DNA of 64,000 bases from a virus (Duplodnaviria > Caudoviricetes), in IMG/VR virus record IMGVR_UViG_3300029305_005547, positions 64,001 to 128,000 of that record; one strand, given 5' to 3'. Shown one piece after another: positions 19,896 through 31,600 of the stretch. The notes beneath the pieces were generated by a model that worked only from the letters and a program-made list of their open reading frames with translations, was not told where the DNA came from and did not search any database. How positions within the stretch are numbered: the stretch's first letter is position 1; the number at the start of each line of letters is the position of its first letter. Position numbers and translations under genes: made by a program.

Positions 19896-20498
19896 ATGAA
19901 ACTTGAAAAAGAATATAAACAAGAATTTGGGAATGTTCCTAGAAGAAGTGTGGAACGAATAACTGAATTTTTGGATACACACAAACTATCAAGATACAAA
20001 GTTAGTGTGTTTGATGAAATGAAAAGAATAAATAATATAGAATGGGAGAAGGAATCTTTCATAATATATTTATTACCAAAAGCTACACCTAGACCAAGAT
20101 CCACATCAAATGGTTCTTTTTTCTATGTCAAAGGTGCTAAAGACAATAAAATATTTTTTAGAAAAGAAGTTGATAAAATGGATCTTCCGTTCATAACAAC
20201 TCCTTGTAAATTTACTTGTGTTTCGTATATGCCTATTCCTAAGTCTATGAAACCTATTGAACAACTTTTAGCAGAATATGGTTTTATTAGACCTATAAGT
20301 AAACCAGATTTCGACAATCTAGTAAAGACATATACAGATATGATACAAGATGTCATATTGTATGACGATTCATTGATAGTTGAAGGAACATCAATGAAAT
20401 ATTACTCTTGGAAACCCAGAATCGAATTTACTATTGAGTATATGGTAGACCACGATTCGGTTTTTAATAAACAAAAAATAAATAGAAAGGATAAATAA
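19896..20498 (+). CDS. rusA: RusA-like Holliday junction resolvase
   Basis: PKATPRPR, KPDFDNLVK..D....DDSLIV, PRIEFTI motifs. Confidence 0.85.
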   Translation: MKLEKEYKQEFGNVPRRSVERITEFLDTHKLSRYKVSVFDEMKRINNIEWEKESFIIYLLPKATPRPRSTSNGSFFYVKGAKDNKIFFRKEVDKMDLPFITTPCKFTCVSYMPIPKSMKPIEQLLAEYGFIRPISKPDFDNLVKTYTDMIQDVILYDDSLIVEGTSMKYYSWKPRIEFTIEYMVDHDSVFNKQKINRKDK

Positions 20499-20502
20499 GA
20501 TT

Positions 20503-21753
20503 ATGTATAATTTATATGGTTTCTTCGGTGAAAATATTTATCGTATGTCTAGAAAGACTAACGTTGAGACTAAAGTAGTTGAACCGTTTAAGTCTAGCAC
20601 ATATGTTAGAGAAAACACTGTAGATAGATCTATCACAACTTGTGTTAAACTTAACACAATGGATCTTTATAAAGAAGAGCCTAATGAGGCTATTTATGAA
20701 AAACTTCTTGATTTCATTAAGAAGTCTAAACTTACAGGTATTAATACGTTGTATTATTCCTTGAAGATTGCTCTGAATTATCAGATTACCGATCCAAATG
20801 GTGGTATTATTGATGGGGGTATTCGTTACGTTCAGGTTGATGCCGATGAAGTTAACTTACTTCTTGACCCTGATCCACTTACTAATACATTGTCTTACAG
20901 ACGTGCAGAGTATCTTCGTAAGAAGTTTGCTATCAGCAGAATCTGCGGTGCTAAGTATGGTGTAATGGATACTACACCTAAGTATGTTGATTTTACCATC
21001 AACGGTATTACAATTTATGCTAATTTCACTGATATGGGTTCTGCATACTATATTCAGAATCTCGGACCTTCCGCACAGGATACAACTTTTGCTTACGGCT
21101 CCGGTACTGTGAATAGTATTATTGCTCATTCTGTAGTATTATTCGATACTGCAGATTTTGGAATCACGATTCCTTCCCAGAGATTGGCATGTGTTCCTAA
21201 CACAATTTATGTTGACGTTGAGACAATTCTCAATAATTTCTGCTATGTTGCTGATGACACTGAAATTTGGAGAATCATTGAAATGAATGGCGGTGCTACA
21301 TCTAATGCACCTTCAGATTTCAATGTACCTGCAGGAGGTTTATCACCATTTGATCCTGTTATTAATAGACCTCCTTGTCCTGGAAATAGACCTATGCCTC
21401 CAGTACATCCTGGTCATAGACCTGGAGTAAAACCTCCTTGTCATCCAAATTGTCCTATTCCTATTATTCCTAAACCTCCAGTAGCTCCTATTGTTCCTTC
21501 TCCTGGAGTTGATACTGAAGGCACGATTGTTCCTGATCCGGATTATAATCAGGATCATGGTGACATGAATGAAGAATGGTGTCATGCTGCAGTTTATGAT
21601 GATCCTTCTATCAAATTCTTAGTAGTTGCAGACGAAACTGCAGATACAGAATTTGATGCGACTTCAATGGTTAAAATTTCCGATGTACTTCCTTATGTAA
21701 CGGATGTAAAAATCGGGGATTACGTTAAGAAGAATCTTGTAATGTATTATTAA
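20503..21753 (+). CDS. Hypothetical (probable virion) protein with Pro-rich linker
   Basis: 416-aa ORF, AAAGGA RBS, Pro-rich tract near the C-terminus; followed by hairpin 21764-21793. Confidence 0.65.
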   Translation: MYNLYGFFGENIYRMSRKTNVETKVVEPFKSSTYVRENTVDRSITTCVKLNTMDLYKEEPNEAIYEKLLDFIKKSKLTGINTLYYSLKIALNYQITDPNGGIIDGGIRYVQVDADEVNLLLDPDPLTNTLSYRRAEYLRKKFAISRICGAKYGVMDTTPKYVDFTINGITIYANFTDMGSAYYIQNLGPSAQDTTFAYGSGTVNSIIAHSVVLFDTADFGITIPSQRLACVPNTIYVDVETILNNFCYVADDTEIWRIIEMNGGATSNAPSDFNVPAGGLSPFDPVINRPPCPGNRPMPPVHPGHRPGVKPPCHPNCPIPIIPKPPVAPIVPSPGVDTEGTIVPDPDYNQDHGDMNEEWCHAAVYDDPSIKFLVVADETADTEFDATSMVKISDVLPYVTDVKIGDYVKKNLVMYY

Positions 21754-21798
21754 TAAAAAGAAATCCCTAGTAAGGTTATGACCTTACTAGGGATAGTT

Positions 21799-22809
21799 TT
21801 AAACTGCAACAGGAAAATCAATTCTAGGCATACTCATATATCCATCAACATGGATGTCATCGATCACTGTATCAAAGAAGTTTGTACTTCCGTTATCATC
21901 AATTCTGATAGAGGGATCAGAATTATATAAATCAATGAAATTATATTCAGGATCATTTTCAAGCATTTCATTGATAATAGGGCAAACGGCTTTAAACCTG
22001 CTAATATTCAAAATCGTACCAGGATCATTTTCATCTGCTGAAATATCCTTAGCTGCCTGACTTCTTACATATTCAATATACTGCTCATTTGTCATAGCAG
22101 CGAGTCCGCCAAACATATCAGCTACGATACCAATACTTAACAGCACCTGATACTGTTTAAGCATATGGTCACAACCTTCAAACTGGTTCTCATAAATATG
22201 AGCATCTGCTGCTACGAATGTAAGAATACCAGGTTCAACACCAAGATGGCGTGCAAAAAGCTTATTAAGAATTGTATACTGGAAAATGTTAAATACACCA
22301 CCAACTAAAAGATCACAAGATCTACTAGTGACAAGCACATTCAGTTTACCATCAACGATATCCCAAACACTTGTATACACGCAAGGTGTAATTGCCATTT
22401 CCGGAAGATCTGCATTATTCCAAAGGTCAATAACTGCTCTTCTTGTAGAAGAATCCTTTGCGAGATCATTCAAAATTCTGTTTACCTGGTCATACTGCTT
22501 AATTTGGTAACCGTAAGTTTTCTGCACAATTCCGTTCTCATCTGCCCAATCGTCCCAAATGTGAGGGCGAAGATCATGAATATCATTACTTCCATCACGG
22601 AATATCCAAAATGCTTCTTCAACTGAAGACTTCCAAAATGTCTTCTTCGCCTTAAGAATAGGGCATTCGTTGCTACAATCAACACCTAAAATAAGGTGAG
22701 AAATTCTCTTTGTAGCTACTCCTGTTCTTTCATTTTTCTGATAAAAACCATTTTGCATAATTTCAAATACCCAGTTCATAAACTGGTTTTCATAACGTGA
22801 AATTCCCAT
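21799..22809 (-). CDS. thyA: Thymidylate synthase
   Basis: RTGVAT, IWDDWAD, YGYQ, SSTRRA, MAITPC (catalytic Cys), SRSCDL..G..FN, DAHIYEN, C-terminal PVAV. Confidence 0.92.
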   Translation of the reverse strand: MGISRYENQFMNWVFEIMQNGFYQKNERTGVATKRISHLILGVDCSNECPILKAKKTFWKSSVEEAFWIFRDGSNDIHDLRPHIWDDWADENGIVQKTYGYQIKQYDQVNRILNDLAKDSSTRRAVIDLWNNADLPEMAITPCVYTSVWDIVDGKLNVLVTSRSCDLLVGGVFNIFQYTILNKLFARHLGVEPGILTFVAADAHIYENQFEGCDHMLKQYQVLLSIGIVADMFGGLAAMTNEQYIEYVRSQAAKDISADENDPGTILNISRFKAVCPIINEMLENDPEYNFIDLYNSDPSIRIDDNGSTNFFDTVIDDIHVDGYMSMPRIDFPVAV

Positions 22810-22944
22810 ATTACTTTACTCCTTTCATTTTTCTTTTCAATATGGAATTTAGTATTTTGTATTTCTAATCATAGAAATGTAAAAGTCATAAAAAATATAA
22901 GTATATTATTTATTTGAATAAAAATATGAAAGGTGGTACAACCA

Positions 22945-23064
22945 ATGAAATTAATTAATTTAAGAAACAAATTCAAGAATGTAAGATTTAATGATCCCGA
23001 GGATGATGATGAGGGAGGTGTATATTCTACAGACGAAACAACGTCTGTTGTTATAGATGATTGA
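22945..23064 (+). CDS. Small 39-aa early protein (absent from the ORF track)
   Basis: TATATTAT at 22902, GAAAGGTGG RBS, MKLINLRNKFKNVRFNDPEDDDEGGVYSTDETTSVVIDD, hairpin terminator 23081-23106. Confidence 0.55.
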   Translation: MKLINLRNKFKNVRFNDPEDDDEGGVYSTDETTSVVIDD

Positions 23065-23115
23065 TAATTACAAAACAAATAACCTTACGCCTTTCGACGT
23101 AAGGTTATTTTTTCG

Positions 23116-23745
23116 TTACATGTCAGCACTTTCAACAGCTTCTTCGGTACCGGGTTCCACTTCAGTTACTTCCTCGTTAGTAGGAGTTTCCACAGCGGGT
23201 GTTTCTTCTACTGTTGTATTTTCAACAACAGGATTGTTTTCACCTGCATTTACGGGAGTTTCATCGGGGATCTCATCGGTCTTTGTTCCTTCATTTTCGT
23301 TATTCACGTTCTGTGTTGTTACTGACTTGTCGCCATATTGTAATTTAAGACGTTTTCTTTCAGATTTAGACATCTGTCTCCATTCATCCTCTGTTTTACC
23401 AATCTTCGCTAAGAAGATTTTGTGGGGATCTGTCTCATCTGCTTTAGAAGCCGTCATTACAACCTGTTCAGGTTTTTCAACAACAGGTACAACTACTTCG
23501 GGCTTTTCAACAACTTCACCATCAAAAGCAGATGTAGAACATGTTGCCACAGTAAGTAAAACTTTATCTTTGGGATTATTAGGGTTAATTTCATAAACCC
23601 TTCTTCCATTAGATACGAGTTTAACGATTGTATCTGTAACTAAGTTACAGTTATAAACGGGACCGGTTACAAAACCAAGTTCCGGAATAGGACCGTTTGA
23701 TAAAACGTCACATTTTCTTTTTTTAGCGTTTAAAATTCTCGCCAT
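23116..23745 (-). CDS. Hypothetical protein with acidic low-complexity tail
   Basis: 209-aa ORF, AGGAAGGA RBS. Confidence 0.7.
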   Translation of the reverse strand: MARILNAKKRKCDVLSNGPIPELGFVTGPVYNCNLVTDTIVKLVSNGRRVYEINPNNPKDKVLLTVATCSTSAFDGEVVEKPEVVVPVVEKPEQVVMTASKADETDPHKIFLAKIGKTEDEWRQMSKSERKRLKLQYGDKSVTTQNVNNENEGTKTDEIPDETPVNAGENNPVVENTTVEETPAVETPTNEEVTEVEPGTEEAVESADM

Positions 23746-23763
23746 GTTAGTTTCCTTCCTTTC

Positions 23764-24066
23764 TTACTCAGCATTCTGAACTACGCCAACAATGTCATCA
23801 ATATCGATGTCATCATCTTCAACGGCGAGAATACGAGCAATTTCTTCTTTCTCTTCCTCAGCATCAACTGGTAATTCCTGCAATAATGCTTCCAGTTCTG
23901 CGAGATCAACATCATCTGCCGATTCCTTAACTACTTCAGTTACAGCTCCAGCAACAAGCTCATCTGCAACAGATTCAGTTACTTCGGAATGGATCTTTTC
24001 TATTCTACAAGTAGTCCTAGCACGTTCTTCTGCTATGGACTGAATGCCTGCATTAATAATTCCCAT
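23764..24066 (-). CDS. Small acidic putative virion protein
   Basis: 100 aa; VTES/VKES motifs; late-type promoter 24093-24106. Confidence 0.65.
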   Translation of the reverse strand: MGIINAGIQSIAEERARTTCRIEKIHSEVTESVADELVAGAVTEVVKESADDVDLAELEALLQELPVDAEEEKEEIARILAVEDDDIDIDDIVGVVQNAE

Positions 24067-24127
24067 AATTATTATATCCTTTCTTTTAGAATATTAAAAT
24101 AGTGTTTTACTGATATATAAAATCACA

Positions 24128-24724
24128 CTATTTAATAGAAATTGTCATGTACATACTCACTGGCTCCCAATGAGTACAATATCCTTTATCTTTTAAAATA
24201 TCCATGATAGATTTACAGCGACTTGTCGCGTATGCATTTGGTAATTGAGAAACCAAATGATCAAACCCTGTGTATACAGTAGCTTTCTTCGATTGTAAAA
24301 TTAAAGTATCATTTGTTAGTAAATCCGTTATCTCTCTTTCAAGTTTAACATCTGTAGCTGAAATAAATCGTACAGTATTAGATGCATGGATAACTATTTT
24401 TCCAACCGGTTTTACATCTGATGCTTCTTTACAAAAAATATCCGGAATAGCATACATGTTATGTTTAAAAATATGATAAACGATATCATCCATGTATACT
24501 CTAAGATTTTTAACATCGACATCAGGGTCAATGTCATATTCATAGAGTTGTTTAGGGTTTTGATTCGTCAGAGTATCTTCCATAATGCGATCTAAAAAAT
24601 CACTTATAAGATTAGATGCTATCGCTAATTTTTCTTCCGTAACTCGTGCATCCGTTTCAATCTTTTGTTTCGCACTAATTGTTGTTAAATCTGACGAACA
24701 CTGCACACTGTTAAATTTTAACAT
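24128..24724 (-). CDS. Hypothetical protein
   Basis: 198-aa ORF with AAAGGA RBS. Confidence 0.65.
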   Translation of the reverse strand: MLKFNSVQCSSDLTTISAKQKIETDARVTEEKLAIASNLISDFLDRIMEDTLTNQNPKQLYEYDIDPDVDVKNLRVYMDDIVYHIFKHNMYAIPDIFCKEASDVKPVGKIVIHASNTVRFISATDVKLEREITDLLTNDTLILQSKKATVYTGFDHLVSQLPNAYATSRCKSIMDILKDKGYCTHWEPVSMYMTISIK

Positions 24725-24820
24725 ATTCAGGATCCGTCCTTTCTAAATTTTTATTAACGCTATTATTATAATGTGCTTCCAAAAAATATGGAAAAAATAA
24801 GAAGGTATATACATACCTTC

Positions 24821-25489
24821 TTATTTATATCTCCCAGATTCACCAGTCATCCATACATATTCATCAATAGTACCAAGTGATGCATATGAATTTTCAAAAG
24901 ATGATAAATTAGTAGTTGTTATGTTAAATAAATTATTCGATACTTTGATAGTTTGTAAAAATCTATATATAACATCTGTTAAAAGCTCACCGGAGTGTAT
25001 TCCAAAAAACCTCGAAGACCCATTACTATATCTTTGTAAGAAACCACATAGTTCTCTAGCTATTTGATAATTATATATCCGTGTAGTATCATTACCTTCT
25101 AATATTTCTAGTAACTGCTCGACTTTAAAATGAGTCATTATACGTGGATCGAACACTAAACTTTCAAAATTATCAGAATCTTGTACATGCATTCTTAATC
25201 TTTTTATCCATTGTGCTATTAAAAATTGAAATGCCATTCCTGTTGCAAAATTATAATCCATATCAAATATCATTGCAGCTTTTATTTTAGCACATTCTAA
25301 ACTATTAATATTAACTTTATTATACAATACCTCTTCGATACGTAAAAGATCTTTAGATCCTTTTATTATCGAATCTAAATGTAACCATTGATCATCGTCT
25401 TCTTGGGTTAGATCATATATAAATTCACCGGTTTCTAATGCCATATGAGTACTACTAACTAATTTTTGATCGTATATTCCGTAATTCAT
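24821..25489 (-). CDS. Hypothetical protein
   Basis: 222-aa ORF with AAAGG RBS. Confidence 0.65.
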   Translation of the reverse strand: MNYGIYDQKLVSSTHMALETGEFIYDLTQEDDDQWLHLDSIIKGSKDLLRIEEVLYNKVNINSLECAKIKAAMIFDMDYNFATGMAFQFLIAQWIKRLRMHVQDSDNFESLVFDPRIMTHFKVEQLLEILEGNDTTRIYNYQIARELCGFLQRYSNGSSRFFGIHSGELLTDVIYRFLQTIKVSNNLFNITTTNLSSFENSYASLGTIDEYVWMTGESGRYK

Positions 25490-25614
25490 ATTTTTCGTAC
25501 CTTTCTAATTAGAACTATTATTTAAAATCCTGAAATAATGGATTATAAAAATCCCATTAACTGGTTCAAGTTTAATTTGTTTAGTTTCCTTTTTGCGTAA
25601 AGAAATTGAGAGTC

Positions 25615-26361
25615 TTAGCCAAAACTAAGACTCTCAGTTCTCTCTTCGTTAATATCTTTTATTTCATAATCTTTTTGTGCGAAAGTTAAATTTTCATGCA
25701 TTAAATTATATGAATGAATATTTTTATAAATTGTTTCCGCAATATCTGTTGACACATAAATTTCATCAAAATCTATGTTATCCCCATATAAATAACTAAG
25801 TGCCCATTCTAAGTCTTGTATACAACTAGAAAATATACCTTTCACTGAATATCCATTCATAAACTCTTCAACATATTCTCCAAAGAATCCTCCCATATAC
25901 CAATTTTTATTATAGAACGATCTTATTATTTCTGGAGTTAATTTATGTTGCCCTAAAATAAATATTTCATCCATTAATTCATTAGTGTCATCATAGGTTT
26001 CACAATTCTCATATTCTTGTAAGAAATTGAAAACTGCGATTAAATCTATTATTATAGGAAGAAGTCTTATTGGATGTTTTAATTTTAGAGCTTCTTTATT
26101 TAAAATGACGAAATTTCCACAATAATTTGACATAAGTGAGTATTCTATATCAATTGTATCACCATTATTCATAAAAGGAGGTAATTCCATTTCATAATAT
26201 TCATCATAATATTCATGAACTGGTTCAGTTATTCTCATATTTTCAGTTATACCTTCGACAAATTTAAGATACCAATCTTTATCAAAATACTCGACAAATT
26301 TAAGATACCAATCTTTATCAAAATACTTATCTTTTAATTTGGTCATTAATCTAAAACCCAT
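25615..26361 (-). CDS. Hypothetical protein with a 12-aa tandem duplication
   Basis: 248-aa ORF, GGAGG RBS, early-type motif 26393-26400. Confidence 0.7.
   Translation of the reverse strand: MGFRLMTKLKDKYFDKDWYLKFVEYFDKDWYLKFVEGITENMRITEPVHEYYDEYYEMELPPFMNNGDTIDIEYSLMSNYCGNFVILNKEALKLKHPIRLLPIIIDLIAVFNFLQEYENCETYDDTNELMDEIFILGQHKLTPEIIRSFYNKNWYMGGFFGEYVEEFMNGYSVKGIFSSCIQDLEWALSYLYGDNIDFDEIYVSTDIAETIYKNIHSYNLMHENLTFAQKDYEIKDINEERTESLSFG
26255..26326. repeat. Perfect 36-bp tandem duplication, in frame
   Basis: TCGACAAATTTAAGATACCAATCTTTATCAAAATAC x2, giving YFDKDWYLKFVE twice. Confidence 0.9.
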
Positions 26362-26451
26362 ATTATATATCCTCCGAAACTATTCTAAATAAATAATATA
26401 TCATTTCGGGAAATAAATGTAAGGAGTATCAAATTGATACTCCTTACAAAT

Positions 26452-27291
26452 TTATCCAAATATTTCTTCGTTAATACCTGCAGACTCAATTAAATATACT
26501 GCTTCTTCAAACGAAATTTCGTCATTAACAAGACTTTCACAAATCATTGAAAGAATATGATATTCTTCATTTACAGACTCTGTAACAGGTTTAGCATCAG
26601 TATTGATAAGAGGCTGATCTGATTCTGCCCAAGACTTAAGAGTACCCATAATTTTACTCATAGTATCTTTTACTATCTTAAGAGCTGAATCACCTGTAAT
26701 TTCTTTACCTCTAATTTTACTAATTTTTGCAAGAGCATATGGTGCCCATGCGGTTGCCTTTGCAACACCTTTAACAAGATTCTTATCATCACGTACAGCT
26801 GCACCTGCTGCAATAACTCCTTTTAATACATTATCCATCGTACCGAGGGTAGCAAGTGCTACAGGCCATCCAATAGTCCAAACTTCAAGAGCCATAACGT
26901 CAGACTTAAGTTCGTCAAGTCTGTCAATATTTTTCTTAAGTTCTTTTTCCATTCTTTCAGGATCACCTTTGAATTCTTCTCGAATTTTATTTTCTTTATT
27001 ACTTATTATTTTATTAGCAATAACTTCAGATGATTTTGATATAGGATATGTTGCAACACCAGCAGCTTTTTTAGCTACATTTGCAGTAGTTTTAACAGCA
27101 GGTCCAATTTTTTCATTAGACTCAGCTTTCTTATAGGTATCTACAACTTTATATTTTGCTGAAACTGCTTTATCTTTAATAGCTGTAGCGGTTTTCTTTG
27201 TTCCTTCTATCGTTTTAAGACTAGCACGCCCTAATGATCCTTTAACGCTTTCTTGAGCGATTAAAGCACTAAGTTCTTCAAATGATGGCAT
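26452..27291 (-). CDS. Putative internal head protein
   Basis: 279 aa; QES/VTES/CES motifs; late-type promoter 27321-27334. Confidence 0.55.
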   Translation of the reverse strand: MPSFEELSALIAQESVKGSLGRASLKTIEGTKKTATAIKDKAVSAKYKVVDTYKKAESNEKIGPAVKTTANVAKKAAGVATYPISKSSEVIANKIISNKENKIREEFKGDPERMEKELKKNIDRLDELKSDVMALEVWTIGWPVALATLGTMDNVLKGVIAAGAAVRDDKNLVKGVAKATAWAPYALAKISKIRGKEITGDSALKIVKDTMSKIMGTLKSWAESDQPLINTDAKPVTESVNEEYHILSMICESLVNDEISFEEAVYLIESAGINEEIFG

Positions 27292-27426
27292 ATATCAATC
27301 ACTCCTTTATATTTTTATACATTAATTTACTGTTTTTCAATACAATTTTCAGCAATTTACATTATTATAAATACATATGTTTTTAAAATGCATTTTAAAA
27401 TATAAAATAAAGAAAGGGTTATAACC

Positions 27427-28068
27427 ATGGCAAATTTTGAGTATCTGTCAGAATCTGTTTCTGACATTTTATTTGAAAATTCTTACGGTTATCTTACTGA
27501 GGGAGCAACTCTTGACATGAACAAAAAGTTACGTGAACTTCAGGAAGAGTACAAAGATGCCGTAAAAGATATTAAGAAATCTTATAAGGATAAGGACGCA
27601 AATGGTGTTAAAACAAAGTGTGACAAACTTATCGATCTTATTGATAAGTATGAAGCTGAAATTGATGACATCAAGGACACATTCGGAAGTGCTGTATGCG
27701 GTGCTTTGTTCCAGTCATTCATGAGCCATATAAAGGCTTTCCTTATCGGCATACCTACATTTAGTATCGGTACACCTTTAAGCTATATTAAGGATATCGT
27801 TGATATGGTTGTTGGTGTTATGGAGCAGTGGAAAAAGGATGAAGAGATCACTCCTGATATTTTAAATGCTCGCCGTGCTAAAATTAAGGGTCTTATCAAG
27901 GAAATGAAACGCTGTATCAAGAATTATAAGAAGGATCTTCTTGAAGCTCTCGGGGAAAAAGAAGTAAAAGAGTCTGTTGAAGAAATCAAACTCAACATTT
28001 ATGAATCTTGTCATGCAGGTGAAATTACTGAGGCAGAAAGAGATATTCTTCTTGGTATTGTTGAGTAA
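27427..28068 (+). CDS. Putative internal head protein
   Basis: 213 aa; LSES/VKES and IYES..GEIT..ER motif shared with 58132-58530. Confidence 0.55.
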   Translation: MANFEYLSESVSDILFENSYGYLTEGATLDMNKKLRELQEEYKDAVKDIKKSYKDKDANGVKTKCDKLIDLIDKYEAEIDDIKDTFGSAVCGALFQSFMSHIKAFLIGIPTFSIGTPLSYIKDIVDMVVGVMEQWKKDEEITPDILNARRAKIKGLIKEMKRCIKNYKKDLLEALGEKEVKESVEEIKLNIYESCHAGEITEAERDILLGIVE

Positions 28069-28079
28069 GGTTTTGTTGT

Positions 28080-28160
28080 GACGGAATTTAGTTAAGTAAA
28101 ATTTCTGTAAGTCTCGATATTTCTCGGGACTTACAGATTTCTTATTTAGCTAAATAGTAA
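28080..28160 (+). repeat. Cassette-head element, copy 2
   Basis: Identical to copy 1; starts 12 nt after the upstream stop codon. Confidence 0.97.
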
Positions 28161-28491
28161 TGGACCTAGTGGATATAGGTTTCAGCCTACAGTTGGAAAT
28201 GGATGGAATAGTTCTACACTAAGAGTACAAAAATTTGTAAATAGTAGAATTTGTATTATAACAGGAACTTTAGATGGAAGAAGTGCAACTAATGCTGTAG
28301 CATGGACATATAATACAGGAACAAATGATATTCCTATTCCAATGGGTCAACCATACTACCAAATTTTTAATACTAATACTCATACATGGGAAACCGCTGG
28401 TTATTATGTAAATAATTCAACATATTATTTTTCTGCACCAAACTATGGTGGTAATACGCGTTATTCAATCAATATAGCATATTTATATTAA
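28150..28491 (+). CDS. Start-less tail-fibre tip cassette 2 (113 aa, absent from the ORF track)
   Basis: Open frame LNSNGPSGYRFQPTVGNGWNSSTLRVQKFVNSRICIITGTLDG...YSINIAYLY*, in register with the element. Confidence 0.75.
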   Translation, partial: LNSNGPSGYRFQPTVGNGWNSSTLRVQKFVNSRICIITGTLDGRSATNAVAWTYNTGTNDIPIPMGQPYYQIFNTNTHTWETAGYYVNNSTYYFSAPNYGGNTRYSINIAYLY

Positions 28492-28610
28492 TAAAAACAT
28501 GTTATATGTTATATTTTTAGCCTAGTATAGAATATTCTATACTAGGCTTTCTCTGTCAAAATATCCAAAAAACAACTTATTAATGACGAAAAAGAAAGGA
28601 AATAATACTT

Positions 28611-31600
28611 ATGAGTATATTTACTGAATCAGAAAAGAACTTTTTAAGTTCTCTTGGAGATACTGATATATTCATAGAGTCTTCTAAATCAGATAGAGTT
28701 AAGGTTTTGAATAAAACTATTGAGGTTTTAGAATCTTTAGGATTTAATCCAAAGATTAGTAAACCAAGTAGGGTTGGTTGGATAAATGAAAATAATTCTG
28801 GTGATTTTGAAGAAAGTCTGTGTATATCTTTAGGTAAATTACAGGGTTTAGAATCTGTATGTACTAAAGTTAATAAAGAGATTAAACCATTAGGTGGTAA
28901 AGTATCTCCTGATAACTATGGAACGATTTTTTTGTCTATGAAAGACAATGTAGTTACTGAATCGTATATTGGTAACTATTTTAGAAATAAAGTATTACTT
29001 CATAAGCTTGGAAAGAATCCGGAGCTTAATGAAAGAACTATAATCAAATTTATCAAAAATCTTACTCTTAAATATGAAGAGAGTCTTTTGGATGAAGATG
29101 TACAAAAAATAATGAAAAAACGTGATGTTGCTGATTATTTCGTACCGCAAGCAGAGTTAAATTTTCCTGATGGAATGATAATAACATTTGCTTTTTGTTA
29201 TGATAAGAAATCACTTACTCCCGGAGCAGCGTTTAAGAACGATAATAAAGATTATATTGTGTTACTCTATCCATGTTTTTTCGATTGCAGAGATATGGAT
29301 GTGAATGTATTTACAATAATGCATGAAATTGGACATATAAGACTTGGGCATTGTGAATTAAAGAATAGATCTTTAGATCCTCAGAGACGCCAGAAAGTAA
29401 TGGTTAAAGGTGGTGTCATTTATACTGAACTTAATGCTGACCTTTATGCTTCTTTAAATGGTGCTAAGATGTATACCATTTTAAAAGAAGGGATTGATAA
29501 GGATTACGATAAAAACTACGATTATCGCTATACAAATAACGAACTGTCTAAGAGGTATTCATTTGTTTTAAAGAATTACCAAAAGTTGCGTCCTATGACT
29601 GAAAGTTTGGAAAATACGGTTTGTGAATATATGGCGGAATCCTTAAAATCTGATTACAGATATGAAAATATTAATTCAATAAATGAAATATCAGATTTTT
29701 TAAAAGTAATGAAAGATGTATTTGACGAAGATTCTGATATGTCTGAATCTGCTATTAAGAAGAGTATGAAATCAATATATTTTAAAAACAAATTGATCGG
29801 ATATGTTGGTTTCAGTGAATATAATATCAAAGGTAAAAAATATCTTGGTATTGGTAATTTTATTATTCTTCCTAAGTATCAAAGACAAGGTTATGGAACC
29901 GATGTTATTGAAGATATTATCAGAACAAATAAAGACAACTACGATGAAATTTATTGCTATGTGGATAAAGATAACAAAAAAGCGATTAGGTTTTATGATA
30001 AGATTGCAAAAATCAATAAAAAACATTTGAATGAAAATGGATATTTTTATGTATCACTATATAAAGAATCTGTTGAAGATATCCATGATAACTGGTGCTA
30101 TATTACAGAATCTGATGATAAAAAACGAACTGCTAAAACAGGTGAGTTTGAAATTGAAAAAGTTGAGTTCAAAGTCTATAATGATAGAGACTATTCGTAT
30201 GTAACCGTTAAAGGAATTGATAAACCTTTAAGAGGGCGTTCTGAAGTAATTATAATGAAAGATGACGAAGTTTACTTATGTTTCGACAATGATCGCTACA
30301 GACTTCCTGGAGGTGGTTGGGATAAGGGTGAATCTTATGAGCATGCCGCGTTAAGAGAAACCAAAGAAGAAGCAAAAATTAATTGTACGAATATCAAGTA
30401 CTGTACTTCCAGAGTTGATGTATCTGATGGGGTACCTGATAAATGTAAAAAAGAAAACATACCAGAAGAAGGATATTGGTATGGATACTTTACAAAGGTA
30501 TTCATTGCTGAATATGATAAGAAATTTTCTGGTCATGTTGATAAGGAGGATCAAGATCCTAGTATGGTTAAGACTGGTAAATTTTATCCATTCGAAGAAA
30601 TAAAAGATCAATTATACTCTGAACATAAAGAAGCAATTGAAAAGTATCTTGGTGTTAGTGATGAAGTATTTAAGGAAGATGCTTTAGATGATGATGCATT
30701 TGATATGATAGATGTTATGTTAGAAGCAGCATCAGATTCTCATATCATTAAAGATGTATTGTATCCTCCAATTGAAGCTGTTCTTAAAACACGAGATGGT
30801 GATAAACTTTTCAAACGATATGTGGAAGAGTTTATTGATAGAAATACTGAAAAACTTCACGAACCTTGTCCTATATCATTAATTCCTTTTACAGATAATG
30901 ATAAGGCTAGATTCTTTAGTTTATTTAATTTAAATGAAAAAGAATGTATTAAAGTAATAGGTCAAGCAGCAGATGCTGTATCAAGCAGTGCTAATTTTAG
31001 GCTTGTTAAACAGAATCCTATATTCTGTGTATTTTATTTAGTACTTAGATACTATATCATCAATAAAGATGAGTCTGGTATCAATAGTACATTAGCAATA
31101 CATGCTTTAGCTTCATACCCATCTGTATTTAGTAAATACTTTAAGTATGGTGCAAATCCTGGTATTATGAGATATACAGCAGATCATCTTACAGAGAAAT
31201 TTATTTTCAAGCAGGAAGGACATGTTTTTGGTGCTCTGAGAAAATCTATAGAAGCATCTTACAAATTCCTTAAACCTTATTTTGATGAGGCTACTGATAA
31301 GGAAATGATTCGTTATATTCAGCGTATTCGTAATGATCAAAACTCTCTTATTAAGAAGATCGCAAATGAATATCAGAAAAATTATAAGGCTGGTAAAAGT
31401 GTAAGTACACAGAATGAAACTTATGATACTGGTGCATTAATTGATGACTACAATAATGATACTTCAAAGGCAGAAACTGCAAGTCATTCTATAATCATTA
31501 GTTTACTTACAAATGGTATTGATTTAAGAATCCTTGAAACTGCTAGTGAAATAGCTCAGTTATCAATTTCAGAACTTAGATTGTATCTTGTTAAGATATT

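Noticed and set aside
23057-24043. + strand ORFs 23057-23596 and 23792-24043
   Set aside because: Ser/Thr-rich antisense translations of acidic minus-strand genes that have RBS and promoter support.
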